Below, piece after piece: positions 46,641 to 56,702 of a DNA stretch of 64,000 nucleotides (within the stretch, counting starts at the first letter, position 1; each line of letters begins with the position of its first letter). Source of the DNA: Bacteroidales bacterium (GTDB lineage Bacteria; Bacteroidota; Bacteroidia; Bacteroidales; UBA1715); assembly GCA_045615765.1 (NCBI GenBank), contig JAZLFM010000010.1:99428-163427 (forward strand). Reading direction: 5' to 3'. Under the pieces are notes generated by a model, which saw only the letters and a program-made list of their open reading frames with translations, made no database searches and was not told the DNA's origin. The translations under genes and the position numbers were made by a program.

Positions 46641-49600
46641 TTACTTTACGAATCCCTTAACAACTGAACCGTTTTCAGTTTCTACAATTACCTTGTAAAC
46701 ACCTTGAGCGAAACCAGTTGCATCAATTTCGATTTCATCAGCTGAAGCTTGTTCGAATGCTACAACCTTACCTGTTGCAGATACAATCTTAACAGCTACT
46801 AAGTTTTCTGCTGCAACAGTAACATTTGTTGTTACCATTGTTGGATAAACTTTCGCATCGATAACAGTTACATCATCAATTGCTGTTTCTTCTGGTCTGT
46901 CAACATCAATGTCAGCACCCATTGCTTTAATTGCATCATACAACCATCTTGCTGCATCATCTACTTCTTCTTGAGTTGCAAATGGTTCATCGTAAACATC
47001 TTGAGCATTCAACCAAGCGTTTTGGAAGTCATTGTAAACAAGTGGTGATTTTTCACCTTTACCACGTCCGATTACGATTTCACCAGCTTGAACTTTGTAG
47101 TAAACTGCATATGCACCCCATTTTTCATTTTCAATCAATTGATTCAAGAATGCTTTATCAGCTTTCACTGGAGTAACAGTTACTGTAATAGTTTGTGAAA
47201 CACCATCAGCTGGAGCAGTTACTGTTACAATTGCAGTTCCTTCTGCAAGAGAAGTAATATTACCTTCACCATCAACAGAGATGATTGAATTATCGTTTAC
47301 TTCATAGATCAAATTCTTATATGTTGCATTTGAAGGAGCAATTGTTGCTTTAATCTTAGCAGATTGTCCTAATTCTAATTCAACATTTGAAACTGTAATT
47401 GATTGAACTGGAATTGAGGCAACAGTAATGTAGATACTGTTAGAAACACCAGAACCGTCTTTTGCAGTTGCAGTAATTTGAACCATACCAGCACCCTTAG
47501 CTGTTACATAACCTGTTTCAGAAACAGTAGCAATTGAAGGATCATTTGAACTCCAAGTCACAGTTTTGTCTGTTGCAGTTGCTTCACCTGCTACAGCAGA
47601 TAATTGAGCTACATCACCAACATTCAACATTTGTGTACCTGAAATTGTAATGTTCTTAACTTTTTCAATTACAGTAACAGTAATATCTGTAGATATACTT
47701 GGATTAGAAGCAGATCTAATTGTCAAAGTAGCAGTTCCACCTTGGTTACCAATAATTGTGAATGAACCATCACCATTATCAGTGTAAGAGAAGCAGCTTG
47801 TACTAGCAAACAATGTATAATCTGTTTGAGTAGTATTAGCAGGGCTATAAGAGATAGTTACTGTACTACCTTTAGTATCGCCTGCAGTTACTTCTACTTT
47901 ACTAATTGAAGCAGTGATATTAGATACTTCGATTGTTTCTTCAACAATTGTTACTTCACATTCATTAGATTCAACACCTTCAGCATCAGCTGCAGTTGCT
48001 ACTACTACGAATGATTGACCAGCCTTACCAGTTACTGTTACTTTACCAGTAGAAGCATTGATTGTTGCACCAGAACCGATAACAGCCCAAGTTACAGTCT
48101 TATCATCTGCATTTGCTGGCAATACTGTAGCAGAGAATGTGTAAGTACTATTTTCTTCTAATGACAATGTTTTTGGTATTGAGATAGAAGAAACATAAGT
48201 AGGATCTTTTAACAATTTAATTGTCGTTGAAGCAGTAACTTTCTTACCATCTAACGAAGTAATTGTAGCAGTAATTCTAATGTTTTCACGATTTTGTGAA
48301 GTTGTCTTACCACTTACGATACCTGTTTCAGGATCAACAGTTACATAAGAACTAGCTGTTGACCATACAACAGATGCAATTGAAGCATCATCTGGTTCGA
48401 ATGTCAAGAATTCTGACAAATCTAATGTTCCTGATTCAGCAACAGTGTATTCACCTAAAGCGATTGTTGCAGAAGAAACTGGAACTATTTGTTTTGTAAC
48501 ATTTACTGTACAAGTTGTTGAAATACCAGCAGTGTAAGCTGATTCAACAGTAATTGTAGCAGTACCAGGAGCAACAGCAGTTAGAACACCATTTGCATCT
48601 ACAGTTACAACACTTTCATCAGAAGAAGACCATACAAGACCTTTATTGTCAACACCTTCAGTTGGAAGGATTGTAACAGTAAATTTATTGTAAGTATCAC
48701 CTTGAACCATACCTACTGTTGAAACATTCAACTTAACTGAAGTTACAGCAGGATCTGAACAATCTTTTACTTCGAATGTAACATCTGTAGCATTACCAGC
48801 ACAACCATTAACATCAGTATAAGAGTATGCTACTGTGTGTGTGCCTTCGCTCAAAGAACTTGGAACGAAAGAAGTAGCAGCCTTACCATCAAGTTTGAAA
48901 TCACCACCAGCAGGAGTTGCCGACAATGCAACTTCAACTACAGAACTTGAACAGAATTCTTCTGCTATAGCAATTACTGGAGTAGGAAGAGCACTAACTG
49001 TCAATGTAGCAGTAGTTGCTTCAGAAGTACAACCATCAACTGTTTGAGTAACAGTATAAGCATAATCTTTAGCAGTTGTTACGCTAACAGCTTGTGTAGC
49101 AGCAGTTCCAAGAGGAGAACCTGCAGCATCGAACCATTGTAAACCAGCACCTGTTGCAGACAATACATATTTAGATTCTTCACCTAAACATGCAGTAGCA
49201 GAAGTTGCCACTGGAGCAGCAGGAGTTTCTTTAACTGTGTAAACAACTTCAGCGAAATCAGATGCACAACCTGCAACAACTTGATTTACATAATATGTTG
49301 TTGTTGCGCTAATTGATTTTGGAGTAAATGACTTGCTGTCAGTTGCAAGAGCAGCAGCAGCTTTATCAGCATACCAATTTGCAGATTCTACTGTTGTCAT
49401 AGCAACCAATTCTGAACCAGCACAAGAACTTGCACCAGTTGCAGTTGGAGCAGCAGGTTTTGCTTTCACTGTAACAACTACAGAAGCACGAGCACTTTCA
49501 CAAGTTGTTTCTTGAGAAGCATAATATGTACCAGCAGTAGTTACATCGAATGTTGTACCTTCAGCAAGTGCAGTACCTTCTTCACTTACATTGTACCATT

Positions 49601-52600
49601 TAATGTTAGTACCTGTTGCTGATAATGTAGCAGTTTCACCTTCACAGATTTCATCAACTGCAGCAATTGTAGGAGCAGGAACTGTACAATCAGTTACTGT
49701 AACAGTTACAGGAACCTTAGCACTTTCACAAGATCCGTCTGTATTAGTTACATAATATGTATAAGTTGCTTTAGCATCTGTTGTAATTGCAGGTGTATAA
49801 GTTGCACCTGTAGCTACAGAAGCACCAGCCTCTGATTCGTACCAGTTAATAGTACCTTTACCTGTTGCAGAAAGAGCAGGAGCAGCATCACCTAAACCAA
49901 CGATAGCCGAAGTAGCTGTTGGAGCAGTAGCTTTTGTTACTGTAATAGTAACATTATCAGTTGCAGAGCAACCATTAGCTGTTTCTGAATAAGCTAATTC
50001 ATAACTTCCAGCAGTTTCAGATTTGAATGTTGAACCTTCAACACCAGTACCACTCCAAGTACCTGTAGCTGGAGCTAACGTAATTTCTTCACCAGCACAA
50101 GCTGTTGTTGCAATAGCACTCAAATCAATAGAAGGAGCTGCCTTCACAGTGATTGTTTTTGTAATTTCTGATTGGCAACCTGGATCACCAATTGTATAAG
50201 TGATAGTTGCAGTACCTGCACCCGCAGTCTTAGGACTGAATGTTGAACCAGTTACACCTGTACCAGACCAAGAACCTGTTGCAGGAGTTGCAGAAAGGGC
50301 GACTGTTTCAACTGAAGAGCAGTATTCAGATTCAACTGTTGAAGCTATGATTGCAGTTGGTTTAGCTGTGATTGTTGCTTTTACAGCTGTACGAGTTTCA
50401 CTTTCACAACCATCGTTTTTAGCAACATAGTAAGTATATTCACCTGCTTTAGTATCACTAGTTGTAAATGAATTACCTTCTTTAAGAGCAACGCCACCTT
50501 CAGCAGCAGAATACCATACTGCAGTTGCTGTACCTGTAAATGTTGCAGTAAGAACTACAGGGTCACCTTCACAAACTGTTACTGCAGGAACTTGAGCAGC
50601 TGTTGGAGCAGTTGTTTTACATGCACCAGCAGAAATTGTAACAGTTACTGGAGTACGTTCACTTTCGCAGTTTTTCGCATCTTTTCTAGCAACATAATAT
50701 GTATATGTACCTTCCTCTAATTGACCAAGAGCAGTTGCTATTGGAGAGCCACCTGTTGCAGCTGCATACCATACAGCAGTACCACTTGTTAATTTAGCAG
50801 ATAGAGTAACATTATCATCAGCTGTAGCTTTGATTGCAGGAGCCTCAGCAGCTGTAGGAGCAGCAACAGCTGTTACAGTTACTTTTACTGGAGTGCGAGG
50901 ACTTTCGCAAATACCATCATTGTTTGCAACATAATATGTGTATTCACCTGCAGCTTTTTGACCAATCTTAGCAGAAGCTAATGGAGTACCAGCAGTTGCA
51001 ACATCATACCATACAGCAGTACCACTTGCAGTTGCTGTTAAAGTAATATCATCGCAAGGAGTTGCAGTAATATCTTTTGCAGTTGGAGCAACAGCAGTAC
51101 AAGGAGCATCACCATTCTTAACAGTAATTGTAGCAGTTACTGTTGGATCATCTTTTGCAGTTACAGTAATTACAGCAACACCTTCACCACCATTAAAGAT
51201 TACATCAAAAGCATATACGCTTGTTTTTTGTACTGATTGTTTTGATACAGGACCAACCGAAGCGACATCTGTATTCGAAGAAGCAACAGTTACACCTGTG
51301 AAGGCAAAATTTGAAGGTTGGAATGTAACACCAAAAGTAACATAATTTGCATCTTCGTCTTCTGGATCCAACCAGTTATAGTCTTCATCATCAACAACAT
51401 CCATCAAAACCGTAGAAGTTGCATCAGCTTTTTGAATTGCTCCATCACCACCAAATAAAGCGATAGAATTCAAACCAGCTTCTTTTACAGTAATATCAAA
51501 TGAGCCTACTGCATAATCACCACAACCTTTTGTTTTTGCAGTTGCCGTAATTGTTGTTGTACCTAAAGCAACAGCCTTTACAAGACCAATAGAAGAAACT
51601 GTGGCAACTGAAGTATTACTTGATTTCCAAGTAAATTCTGTTGTTGCACCTTCAGGAAGAGCAATTGCAGTCAATGTTTGAGTTTCTGAAGGAGACATTT
51701 TTTCTACACCAGTAATTTCAACTTCAGCAGGAACAAGAACAGAAGATACAGATAAAGTAGCTTTTACAGTTGGATCAGCATCAGAAGTAATAGTAATTGT
51801 ACCTGTACCAGCAGCTTTACCTTCAAGAGAGATTACTGCTGTTTTTTCATCATATGTAACAGTTACAATATCACTTGCACCAGAGAATGACAATGCTTTA
51901 TTTGGATAACGAGCCTCATCAAATGTAACCGCTACTGTAGTAGGTTCACATCCAACTTTAACTTGAGCTGCATCTACATCCAACGAAATTGAATTCAATT
52001 CATAAGAAGCAGGAGTTATTGTAATCAATGGAGAAGGACCAGCCATTTCTTGGCCATCAGCACTTACAATATATATATAATATGTAGTTGCTGTATCTAT
52101 AGCTAATTCTTCTGTTTCTAATTGTGCAAGTCCATACAAATTAGAAGATAAACTTAACACAGCTTTTGATGCAACTGTCTTAATTCTTACAGACTCATCA
52201 GAAGGAACTAGGTAAACTTTTGCTTCACGAGTTGCTGTAACCTTAATTACATCACCAAGTGTGTATTCAGCTGCATCAACTTTGAAATCTAAGGCTACTT
52301 GATTTATTTCAAAACATGAAGCAGGAACTTTTTCTGAATAGTTACCACTACCATCTGCAGCAACTAAATAGAACTGATCACCTGGTTTTATCACTTTACC
52401 TTCATATAGAGCTTCAAAGTTAAATGTTACTGGTTGACCACCTTCTACCATCCACATATAAGGAGAATCATCGATATCTGTTTTTGCAGCAGAGCAAGGC
52501 ATCAAGTAAACAGTAGCATCTTCGTTTACAGTGAAGAATAATGTACCGTCAGCATCGATGTAGTCTTCATTAAAATATTCTGTGAATTCAGGAGGAGTTA

Positions 52601-55600
52601 CGTCCTTAACTTGGCAACCATAAGCTGAAGACACAGAACCTGAAACAGGATCGTATGCATACGCTTTAAAGTAACCATAACCCATACCCATCATATCGAT
52701 TGTAGCAGGAGTATTAGCAGTACAAGCTGTATATGTACCTTCACCAGCATTTACAGCAGCCATCATTGCTGAATATTGAGGATTTACTGTTCCTCTAACA
52801 ACAAAGATGTAACCATCAGCTGAACTTGTAACTTTAAACTTAGAGTCTTCATCTATACCAACTTTAGTATTCAAAACTTCAGCTGGAGAGAAATCAGACA
52901 AGTACAATGGTTGACCTACTGAAATGTAGTCAAAATGTAATGTTCCATTATACAATGTAGGAACATAATCATTCTTATCTGTACCTTCAGCTTTTATGAA
53001 ACGGAATTGAATTTCAGAGATAGCAGTAGGATCTACACCAGAGAAACTTGGATTATAAGTAATCTTAGTTGGAGTAGAGCTTACTGTTAGTCTCGTGAAA
53101 GAACCGTCTTTAGAATTTCCAAAATAATCTTTTACATCTATACGATAATAAACAGTTGCTCTTGCATCTGAAGTAACAGAAAATTCAATCACACCACGAT
53201 CTCCACTTAAGTCAAGAACAAAGCCTTCATTTGTTGATGCAGAATATGGAGCTAAAATAATTTGAGATCCCCATGAGTCACCAGCAGCTTGTGTAAAATC
53301 CAATGTTCCTGCTTTTGCATTTTCAATGATACTATATGCAATATCATCATCAAAACTACCTAAATTCAAGTTTTCTGTTACATAATCTGTAGCATCAGCA
53401 AAGTCATCATACCAACCTGTAGAAGTTGTACAGCCAACAAGATTTGCTAACTCTACAGAGAATGGTGCAGATTTACGACCATCGTTAGATTTAACATCGC
53501 TTGTTTCTGCTGCCAATGTTGCAGTAATTGTTGCAGAAGCAGATTTAATTGGAGTTTCAAGATTGAAAATCAATGTAGAAGCATCACCTGTTTTTGTTTC
53601 TATAGATGTAACAGCATGAGAAGTTGCGCCTTCTTTAATAACTATAGCCGACAAACTTGTAGGAAGTTTCATTGCTGTTGAGAAGTTCAATTCCACTTGC
53701 GAACCATCAAAAGCAACTTTTCCTGACTCAGCTTCAACAACTTGTTTCTTTGGACATAATGCAAATTCATCGATATAAATTTCGAATGCTACATCAGCTT
53801 GTTCACTTGTTGAAGAAGCTTTAAATGGAGCAATCCAAATTTTATTGTATTTATTCTGTTCTGAATATGCTTGCCATGACCATGCTGCTGTTGTTCCAAG
53901 AGGAATATCAAATTCATACCACTTACCTACTGTAATATCTTCAAGCAAGAAAGCAGCATTTTTAGGACTGTAATCTGGAGTATTTAAATCTTCTGTCATC
54001 AAGAAGATAGCCATACCATCAGCACCAGCACCAAGAGATTTCAAATAGAATCTACCTGTCAAACGAGAGTTTGGATCAGCTAAGTTTGTATTCCATTCAG
54101 CTTTATTAGCTGTGTTTGGTGTAAATATCAAACGTTGATAATCACCAGGAGTTTTAAGATACATAGCCTTACCATCAGTCGCGCTAGCAAAATCTGTTTC
54201 CATTGGGATATTAGATACCATACAGTCCCAAGTTCCTGTTTCTACTCCCCCTGTAACATACATTTCCAAACAAGATTCACTCATGTAGAAATTTTGTACA
54301 ACAGCTTTAGTAAATGCTTTTGCTTTCTTAGTTCCTGTTAATGAAGTCAAACCACCTGCATACGAAATAGTAATTGCATCTGCAGAAGAAGACAATAAAG
54401 ATTCACCAAAATCTAATGCCAATACTGTTTTATCTTGTACACCTTCATCATCTGTAAAATAAGAAAGTTTTGGTGTTTTAGAAACTGCTGTTCCATTTAC
54501 ATATACAGTAAAGTCTGAAGCAGCAGCAGATGCTAACTTCACATCTTTAGACCATTGTACATATACTTTTGCACCAATAACATCAGTGTAACGAGCAATT
54601 GGATATGGTTCCATGCTTGTTACTTTATTTGTTACTTGTTGGTCTTCGAAAGTAGATGCTTTTGAACCATCAGTACCTGTTAAAGTTGTTCCTGTATATG
54701 ATACATATATATAAGGATCTGCAATATCAGAAGACAAATTCAATGTCACATCCTTAGACATAACGGAAGCAGAAGAAACAGAGATTTTTGTACCGTTTGT
54801 CTTATTTTTTGCATCATCAGCAGTAGGATATGTAGTAACAACAAATTTGCTTATTGAACTAGTTGCAGAAGCCGCATTGATTGGTTTTGAGAAATTAACA
54901 ATTACAGAACTTCCTGATGCATCAGTTTCCGAACTTAAATATACAGGAAGCATATCGTAGAAGTTAGGCATGTTACCTGTCAAGCACAACATGAACAACA
55001 ACTGAGTTGTATGAGTATAATATGCACCATACACATCAGTTGCAGAACCGTTAGACCAACAAGCATTCATATAGCTTTTATAAGTTGGATCAACCATAGA
55101 ACCGATACTCAAACCAGCTTTGAAACAAGCATTTTTACTTGATCCCCAAGAAGAAAGAGAACCTTTGAATGCACCTGTCCCATCACCCGGACGACCATCA
55201 AGGAAGTAACCATCTAAGATATCACCAGGATTAGGATATGCTTTTTGCGCCCATGAAGTGATTTTTGAAGCAAGTGCCTTTGCACGAGTGTCGCCATACC
55301 ATGCATACGCATGAGCAAGACGCCAAGGAATACGAACAGCATCGTAACCAAAGATAGATTCGAATTTAGAATCTACAATACCTGTCAAATAAGAACCATT
55401 TTCATAACACCAGTCAGGAATCAAACCTGTAGTTGCATTAGCAGATTTTTCCATAATAGTGTAACAGTTATTTGCAACAGTAGTAAAGTCCCAAGAAGCA
55501 CCTAAACTTTCAAGAGCATTTACTTGATCAAACAACTTCATTGCATTTGTAATGAAATAGCAAGGGTTTTTGTAATCATCAAAGTAATCACCTGGTTTTA

Positions 55601-56204
55601 GATTCTTATTAGCGTTAACTTCGTATGTCCAAATACTTTGAATCAATTTTTTTGCATCATTCAAGTATTTCACATCACCCCATTGTTTATACGCCATCAA
55701 CAAAGCTTGAGCTGCATCAAGGTCAGCATCGGTTGCACCGTTGGCATTACCTTGACCTGCGGCAACATTACCAGTAAAAGCATTTACTTTCCAGTTCATC
55801 AAGCCATGATCGTTGGAATTTGCTTTGTAATACGCCCATGTTTTATCGAAATCAAGTTGCGTATTATTCTTCGCATTATCCATATACACAAAGATAAGCA
55901 TACCGTATGCAATACCTTCTGATACAGAATTCGTACCATCTTCACCAGCTTGTACGAATTTCACACGACCAAGTGAACCATCTGTCACATAATACTTTGC
56001 TTTCCAAGCTTCATATAAGCTTTGAATTTTTGTTTGCACTTCGCTACCCGTATAGATACTACCATTCGGATACGCATAATTGTTAGGGAATGGATAGTTC
56101 GGACTTGCCGAAGTAATACCCACAAAACCTAACAGCGCGACACACACAAGCAATAGATGCTTAAGCAAGCCGCCTTTCGTTTTTGTAATCTCTGTTTGTT
56201 TCAT
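46641..56204 (-). CDS. Giant (3187 aa) T9SS-secreted multidomain glycoside hydrolase: N-terminal GH8 catalytic domain, CBM-like beta-sandwich domains, about 10 Ig-like modules, about 9 BIG2 domains and a type-A C-terminal sorting domain
   Basis: - A signal peptide is present.
- GH8 motifs: SVSEGIAYGML (catalytic Glu context) and ATDADLDAAQALLMAYKQW, one mismatch to the PROSITE GH8 signature as I recall it.
- Repeated modules of the type ..WY....G..L...........YTYYV....CES.R..V.VTV.
- BIG2-like units such as VVWSSSDESVVTVDANGVLTAVAPGTATITV.
- The C-terminus (AKVYPTMVTTNVTV...GVYKVIVETENGSVVKGFVK) is a Por secretion tail. Confidence 0.85.
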   Translation of the reverse strand: MKQTEITKTKGGLLKHLLLVCVALLGFVGITSASPNYPFPNNYAYPNGSIYTGSEVQTKIQSLYEAWKAKYYVTDGSLGRVKFVQAGEDGTNSVSEGIAYGMLIFVYMDNAKNNTQLDFDKTWAYYKANSNDHGLMNWKVNAFTGNVAAGQGNANGATDADLDAAQALLMAYKQWGDVKYLNDAKKLIQSIWTYEVNANKNLKPGDYFDDYKNPCYFITNAMKLFDQVNALESLGASWDFTTVANNCYTIMEKSANATTGLIPDWCYENGSYLTGIVDSKFESIFGYDAVRIPWRLAHAYAWYGDTRAKALASKITSWAQKAYPNPGDILDGYFLDGRPGDGTGAFKGSLSSWGSSKNACFKAGLSIGSMVDPTYKSYMNACWSNGSATDVYGAYYTHTTQLLFMLCLTGNMPNFYDMLPVYLSSETDASGSSVIVNFSKPINAASATSSISKFVVTTYPTADDAKNKTNGTKISVSSASVMSKDVTLNLSSDIADPYIYVSYTGTTLTGTDGSKASTFEDQQVTNKVTSMEPYPIARYTDVIGAKVYVQWSKDVKLASAAASDFTVYVNGTAVSKTPKLSYFTDDEGVQDKTVLALDFGESLLSSSADAITISYAGGLTSLTGTKKAKAFTKAVVQNFYMSESCLEMYVTGGVETGTWDCMVSNIPMETDFASATDGKAMYLKTPGDYQRLIFTPNTANKAEWNTNLADPNSRLTGRFYLKSLGAGADGMAIFLMTEDLNTPDYSPKNAAFLLEDITVGKWYEFDIPLGTTAAWSWQAYSEQNKYNKIWIAPFKASSTSEQADVAFEIYIDEFALCPKKQVVEAESGKVAFDGSQVELNFSTAMKLPTSLSAIVIKEGATSHAVTSIETKTGDASTLIFNLETPIKSASATITATLAAETSDVKSNDGRKSAPFSVELANLVGCTTSTGWYDDFADATDYVTENLNLGSFDDDIAYSIIENAKAGTLDFTQAAGDSWGSQIILAPYSASTNEGFVLDLSGDRGVIEFSVTSDARATVYYRIDVKDYFGNSKDGSFTRLTVSSTPTKITYNPSFSGVDPTAISEIQFRFIKAEGTDKNDYVPTLYNGTLHFDYISVGQPLYLSDFSPAEVLNTKVGIDEDSKFKVTSSADGYIFVVRGTVNPQYSAMMAAVNAGEGTYTACTANTPATIDMMGMGYGYFKAYAYDPVSGSVSSAYGCQVKDVTPPEFTEYFNEDYIDADGTLFFTVNEDATVYLMPCSAAKTDIDDSPYMWMVEGGQPVTFNFEALYEGKVIKPGDQFYLVAADGSGNYSEKVPASCFEINQVALDFKVDAAEYTLGDVIKVTATREAKVYLVPSDESVRIKTVASKAVLSLSSNLYGLAQLETEELAIDTATTYYIYIVSADGQEMAGPSPLITITPASYELNSISLDVDAAQVKVGCEPTTVAVTFDEARYPNKALSFSGASDIVTVTYDEKTAVISLEGKAAGTGTITITSDADPTVKATLSVSSVLVPAEVEITGVEKMSPSETQTLTAIALPEGATTEFTWKSSNTSVATVSSIGLVKAVALGTTTITATAKTKGCGDYAVGSFDITVKEAGLNSIALFGGDGAIQKADATSTVLMDVVDDEDYNWLDPEDEDANYVTFGVTFQPSNFAFTGVTVASSNTDVASVGPVSKQSVQKTSVYAFDVIFNGGEGVAVITVTAKDDPTVTATITVKNGDAPCTAVAPTAKDITATPCDDITLTATASGTAVWYDVATAGTPLASAKIGQKAAGEYTYYVANNDGICESPRTPVKVTVTAVAAPTAAEAPAIKATADDNVTLSAKLTSGTAVWYAAATGGSPIATALGQLEEGTYTYYVARKDAKNCESERTPVTVTISAGACKTTAPTAAQVPAVTVCEGDPVVLTATFTGTATAVWYSAAEGGVALKEGNSFTTSDTKAGEYTYYVAKNDGCESETRTAVKATITAKPTAIIASTVESEYCSSVETVALSATPATGSWSGTGVTGSTFSPKTAGAGTATITYTIGDPGCQSEITKTITVKAAPSIDLSAIATTACAGEEITLAPATGTWSGTGVEGSTFKSETAGSYELAYSETANGCSATDNVTITVTKATAPTATSAIVGLGDAAPALSATGKGTINWYESEAGASVATGATYTPAITTDAKATYTYYVTNTDGSCESAKVPVTVTVTDCTVPAPTIAAVDEICEGETATLSATGTNIKWYNVSEEGTALAEGTTFDVTTAGTYYASQETTCESARASVVVTVKAKPAAPTATGASSCAGSELVAMTTVESANWYADKAAAALATDSKSFTPKSISATTTYYVNQVVAGCASDFAEVVYTVKETPAAPVATSATACLGEESKYVLSATGAGLQWFDAAGSPLGTAATQAVSVTTAKDYAYTVTQTVDGCTSEATTATLTVSALPTPVIAIAEEFCSSSVVEVALSATPAGGDFKLDGKAATSFVPSSLSEGTHTVAYSYTDVNGCAGNATDVTFEVKDCSDPAVTSVKLNVSTVGMVQGDTYNKFTVTILPTEGVDNKGLVWSSSDESVVTVDANGVLTAVAPGTATITVESAYTAGISTTCTVNVTKQIVPVSSATIALGEYTVAESGTLDLSEFLTFEPDDASIASVVWSTASSYVTVDPETGIVSGKTTSQNRENIRITATITSLDGKKVTASTTIKLLKDPTYVSSISIPKTLSLEENSTYTFSATVLPANADDKTVTWAVIGSGATINASTGKVTVTGKAGQSFVVVATAADAEGVESNECEVTIVEETIEVSNITASISKVEVTAGDTKGSTVTISYSPANTTQTDYTLFASTSCFSYTDNGDGSFTIIGNQGGTATLTIRSASNPSISTDITVTVIEKVKNITISGTQMLNVGDVAQLSAVAGEATATDKTVTWSSNDPSIATVSETGYVTAKGAGMVQITATAKDGSGVSNSIYITVASIPVQSITVSNVELELGQSAKIKATIAPSNATYKNLIYEVNDNSIISVDGEGNITSLAEGTAIVTVTAPADGVSQTITVTVTPVKADKAFLNQLIENEKWGAYAVYYKVQAGEIVIGRGKGEKSPLVYNDFQNAWLNAQDVYDEPFATQEEVDDAARWLYDAIKAMGADIDVDRPEETAIDDVTVIDAKVYPTMVTTNVTVAAENLVAVKIVSATGKVVAFEQASADEIEIDATGFAQGVYKVIVETENGSVVKGFVK
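47170..48760 (-). repeat. In-frame array of six BIG2-type Ig-like modules within the giant gene (approximate bounds)
   Basis: Six units of about 85-90 aa. Each carries the V.W.SS....A.V...G.V.A...G.A.ITA-type pattern in the translated sequence. Confidence 0.6.
48760..51100 (-). repeat. In-frame array of about 10 divergent modules of about 78 aa, Cys-containing and Ig-like, within the giant gene (approximate bounds)
   Basis: Example modules: AVWYDVATAGTPLAS...YTYYVANNDGICESPRTPVKVTVT, AVWYAAATGGSPIAT...YTYYVARKDAKNCESERTPVTVTIS, INWYESEAGASVAT...YTYYVTNTDGSCESAKVPVTVTVT, and others. Confidence 0.7.
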
Positions 56205-56242
56205 AATTATATTAATTAAAAATTTACATTACATTAAGCATG

Positions 56243-56250
56243 CAAAAGTA
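56243..56250 (-). promoter_or_regulatory. -7 box (TACTTTTG on the minus strand), candidate promoter of the giant GH8 gene
   Basis: The plus strand reads caaaagta, 39 nt upstream of the ATG at 56204. Confidence 0.35.
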
Positions 56251-56641
56251 AACTATTTTTTTCAATACTTTACTAACAAGCATACTTTTTCTTTGTTCCT
56301 ATTAGACAAACGAAATAAACAAAACCCTATAACATACTGATAAAAAATTTGGACTGTCTATTTCCTAAAAATATAGCGGTATTTACAATGTCAACTCCTA
56401 CGGAGTTATTTACTCCGAAAGAGGATATTATGTATTCTACCAATAGACATCCCCTACGGGGAGATACGAAACACCAAGATATAATTGTCAATTAAGAATT
56501 TCGTAACATTATTAAAGTATGTCAAAAATAGCAACCAAAGGCTGACCATCTATACTTAATGAATGAGTATTTTTTCAAAGTAAGACGAATGCAAAAGATC
56601 TTTCGTCTTACACAAGAAGACTAACAACCAACGGAAAGTCT

Positions 56642-56678
56642 CAAAAACAAAAAGGGCGAACCACTTGGTTCGCCCTTT
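56642..56678 (-). terminator. Intrinsic terminator after the 468-aa T9SS cargo gene
   Basis: GGGCGAACC (56654-56662), loop ACTT, then GGTTCGCCC (56667-56675). On the minus strand a T-rich run follows (the plus strand reads caaaaacaaaaa). Confidence 0.8.
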
Positions 56679-56702
56679 GTTATACATATATATAATGTAC
56701 AA

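Noticed and set aside
46931-55922. Nine plus-strand ORFs of 60-94 aa inside the giant GH8 gene (for example 48835..49047 and 50200..50430).
   Set aside because: All are antisense to a continuous 9.5-kb ORF with clear domain content. Their Ala/Val/Thr-rich translations mirror the sense-strand repeats.
56388-56495. A 35-codon plus-strand ORF (MSTPTELFTPKEDIMYSTNRHPLRGDTKHQDIIVN) covering the two CCTACGG hairpins.
   Set aside because: It has no TAnnTTTG box at a suitable distance, lies opposite to both flanking genes, and its sequence is dominated by hairpin-forming DNA. I treat it as non-coding unless ribosome profiling says otherwise.
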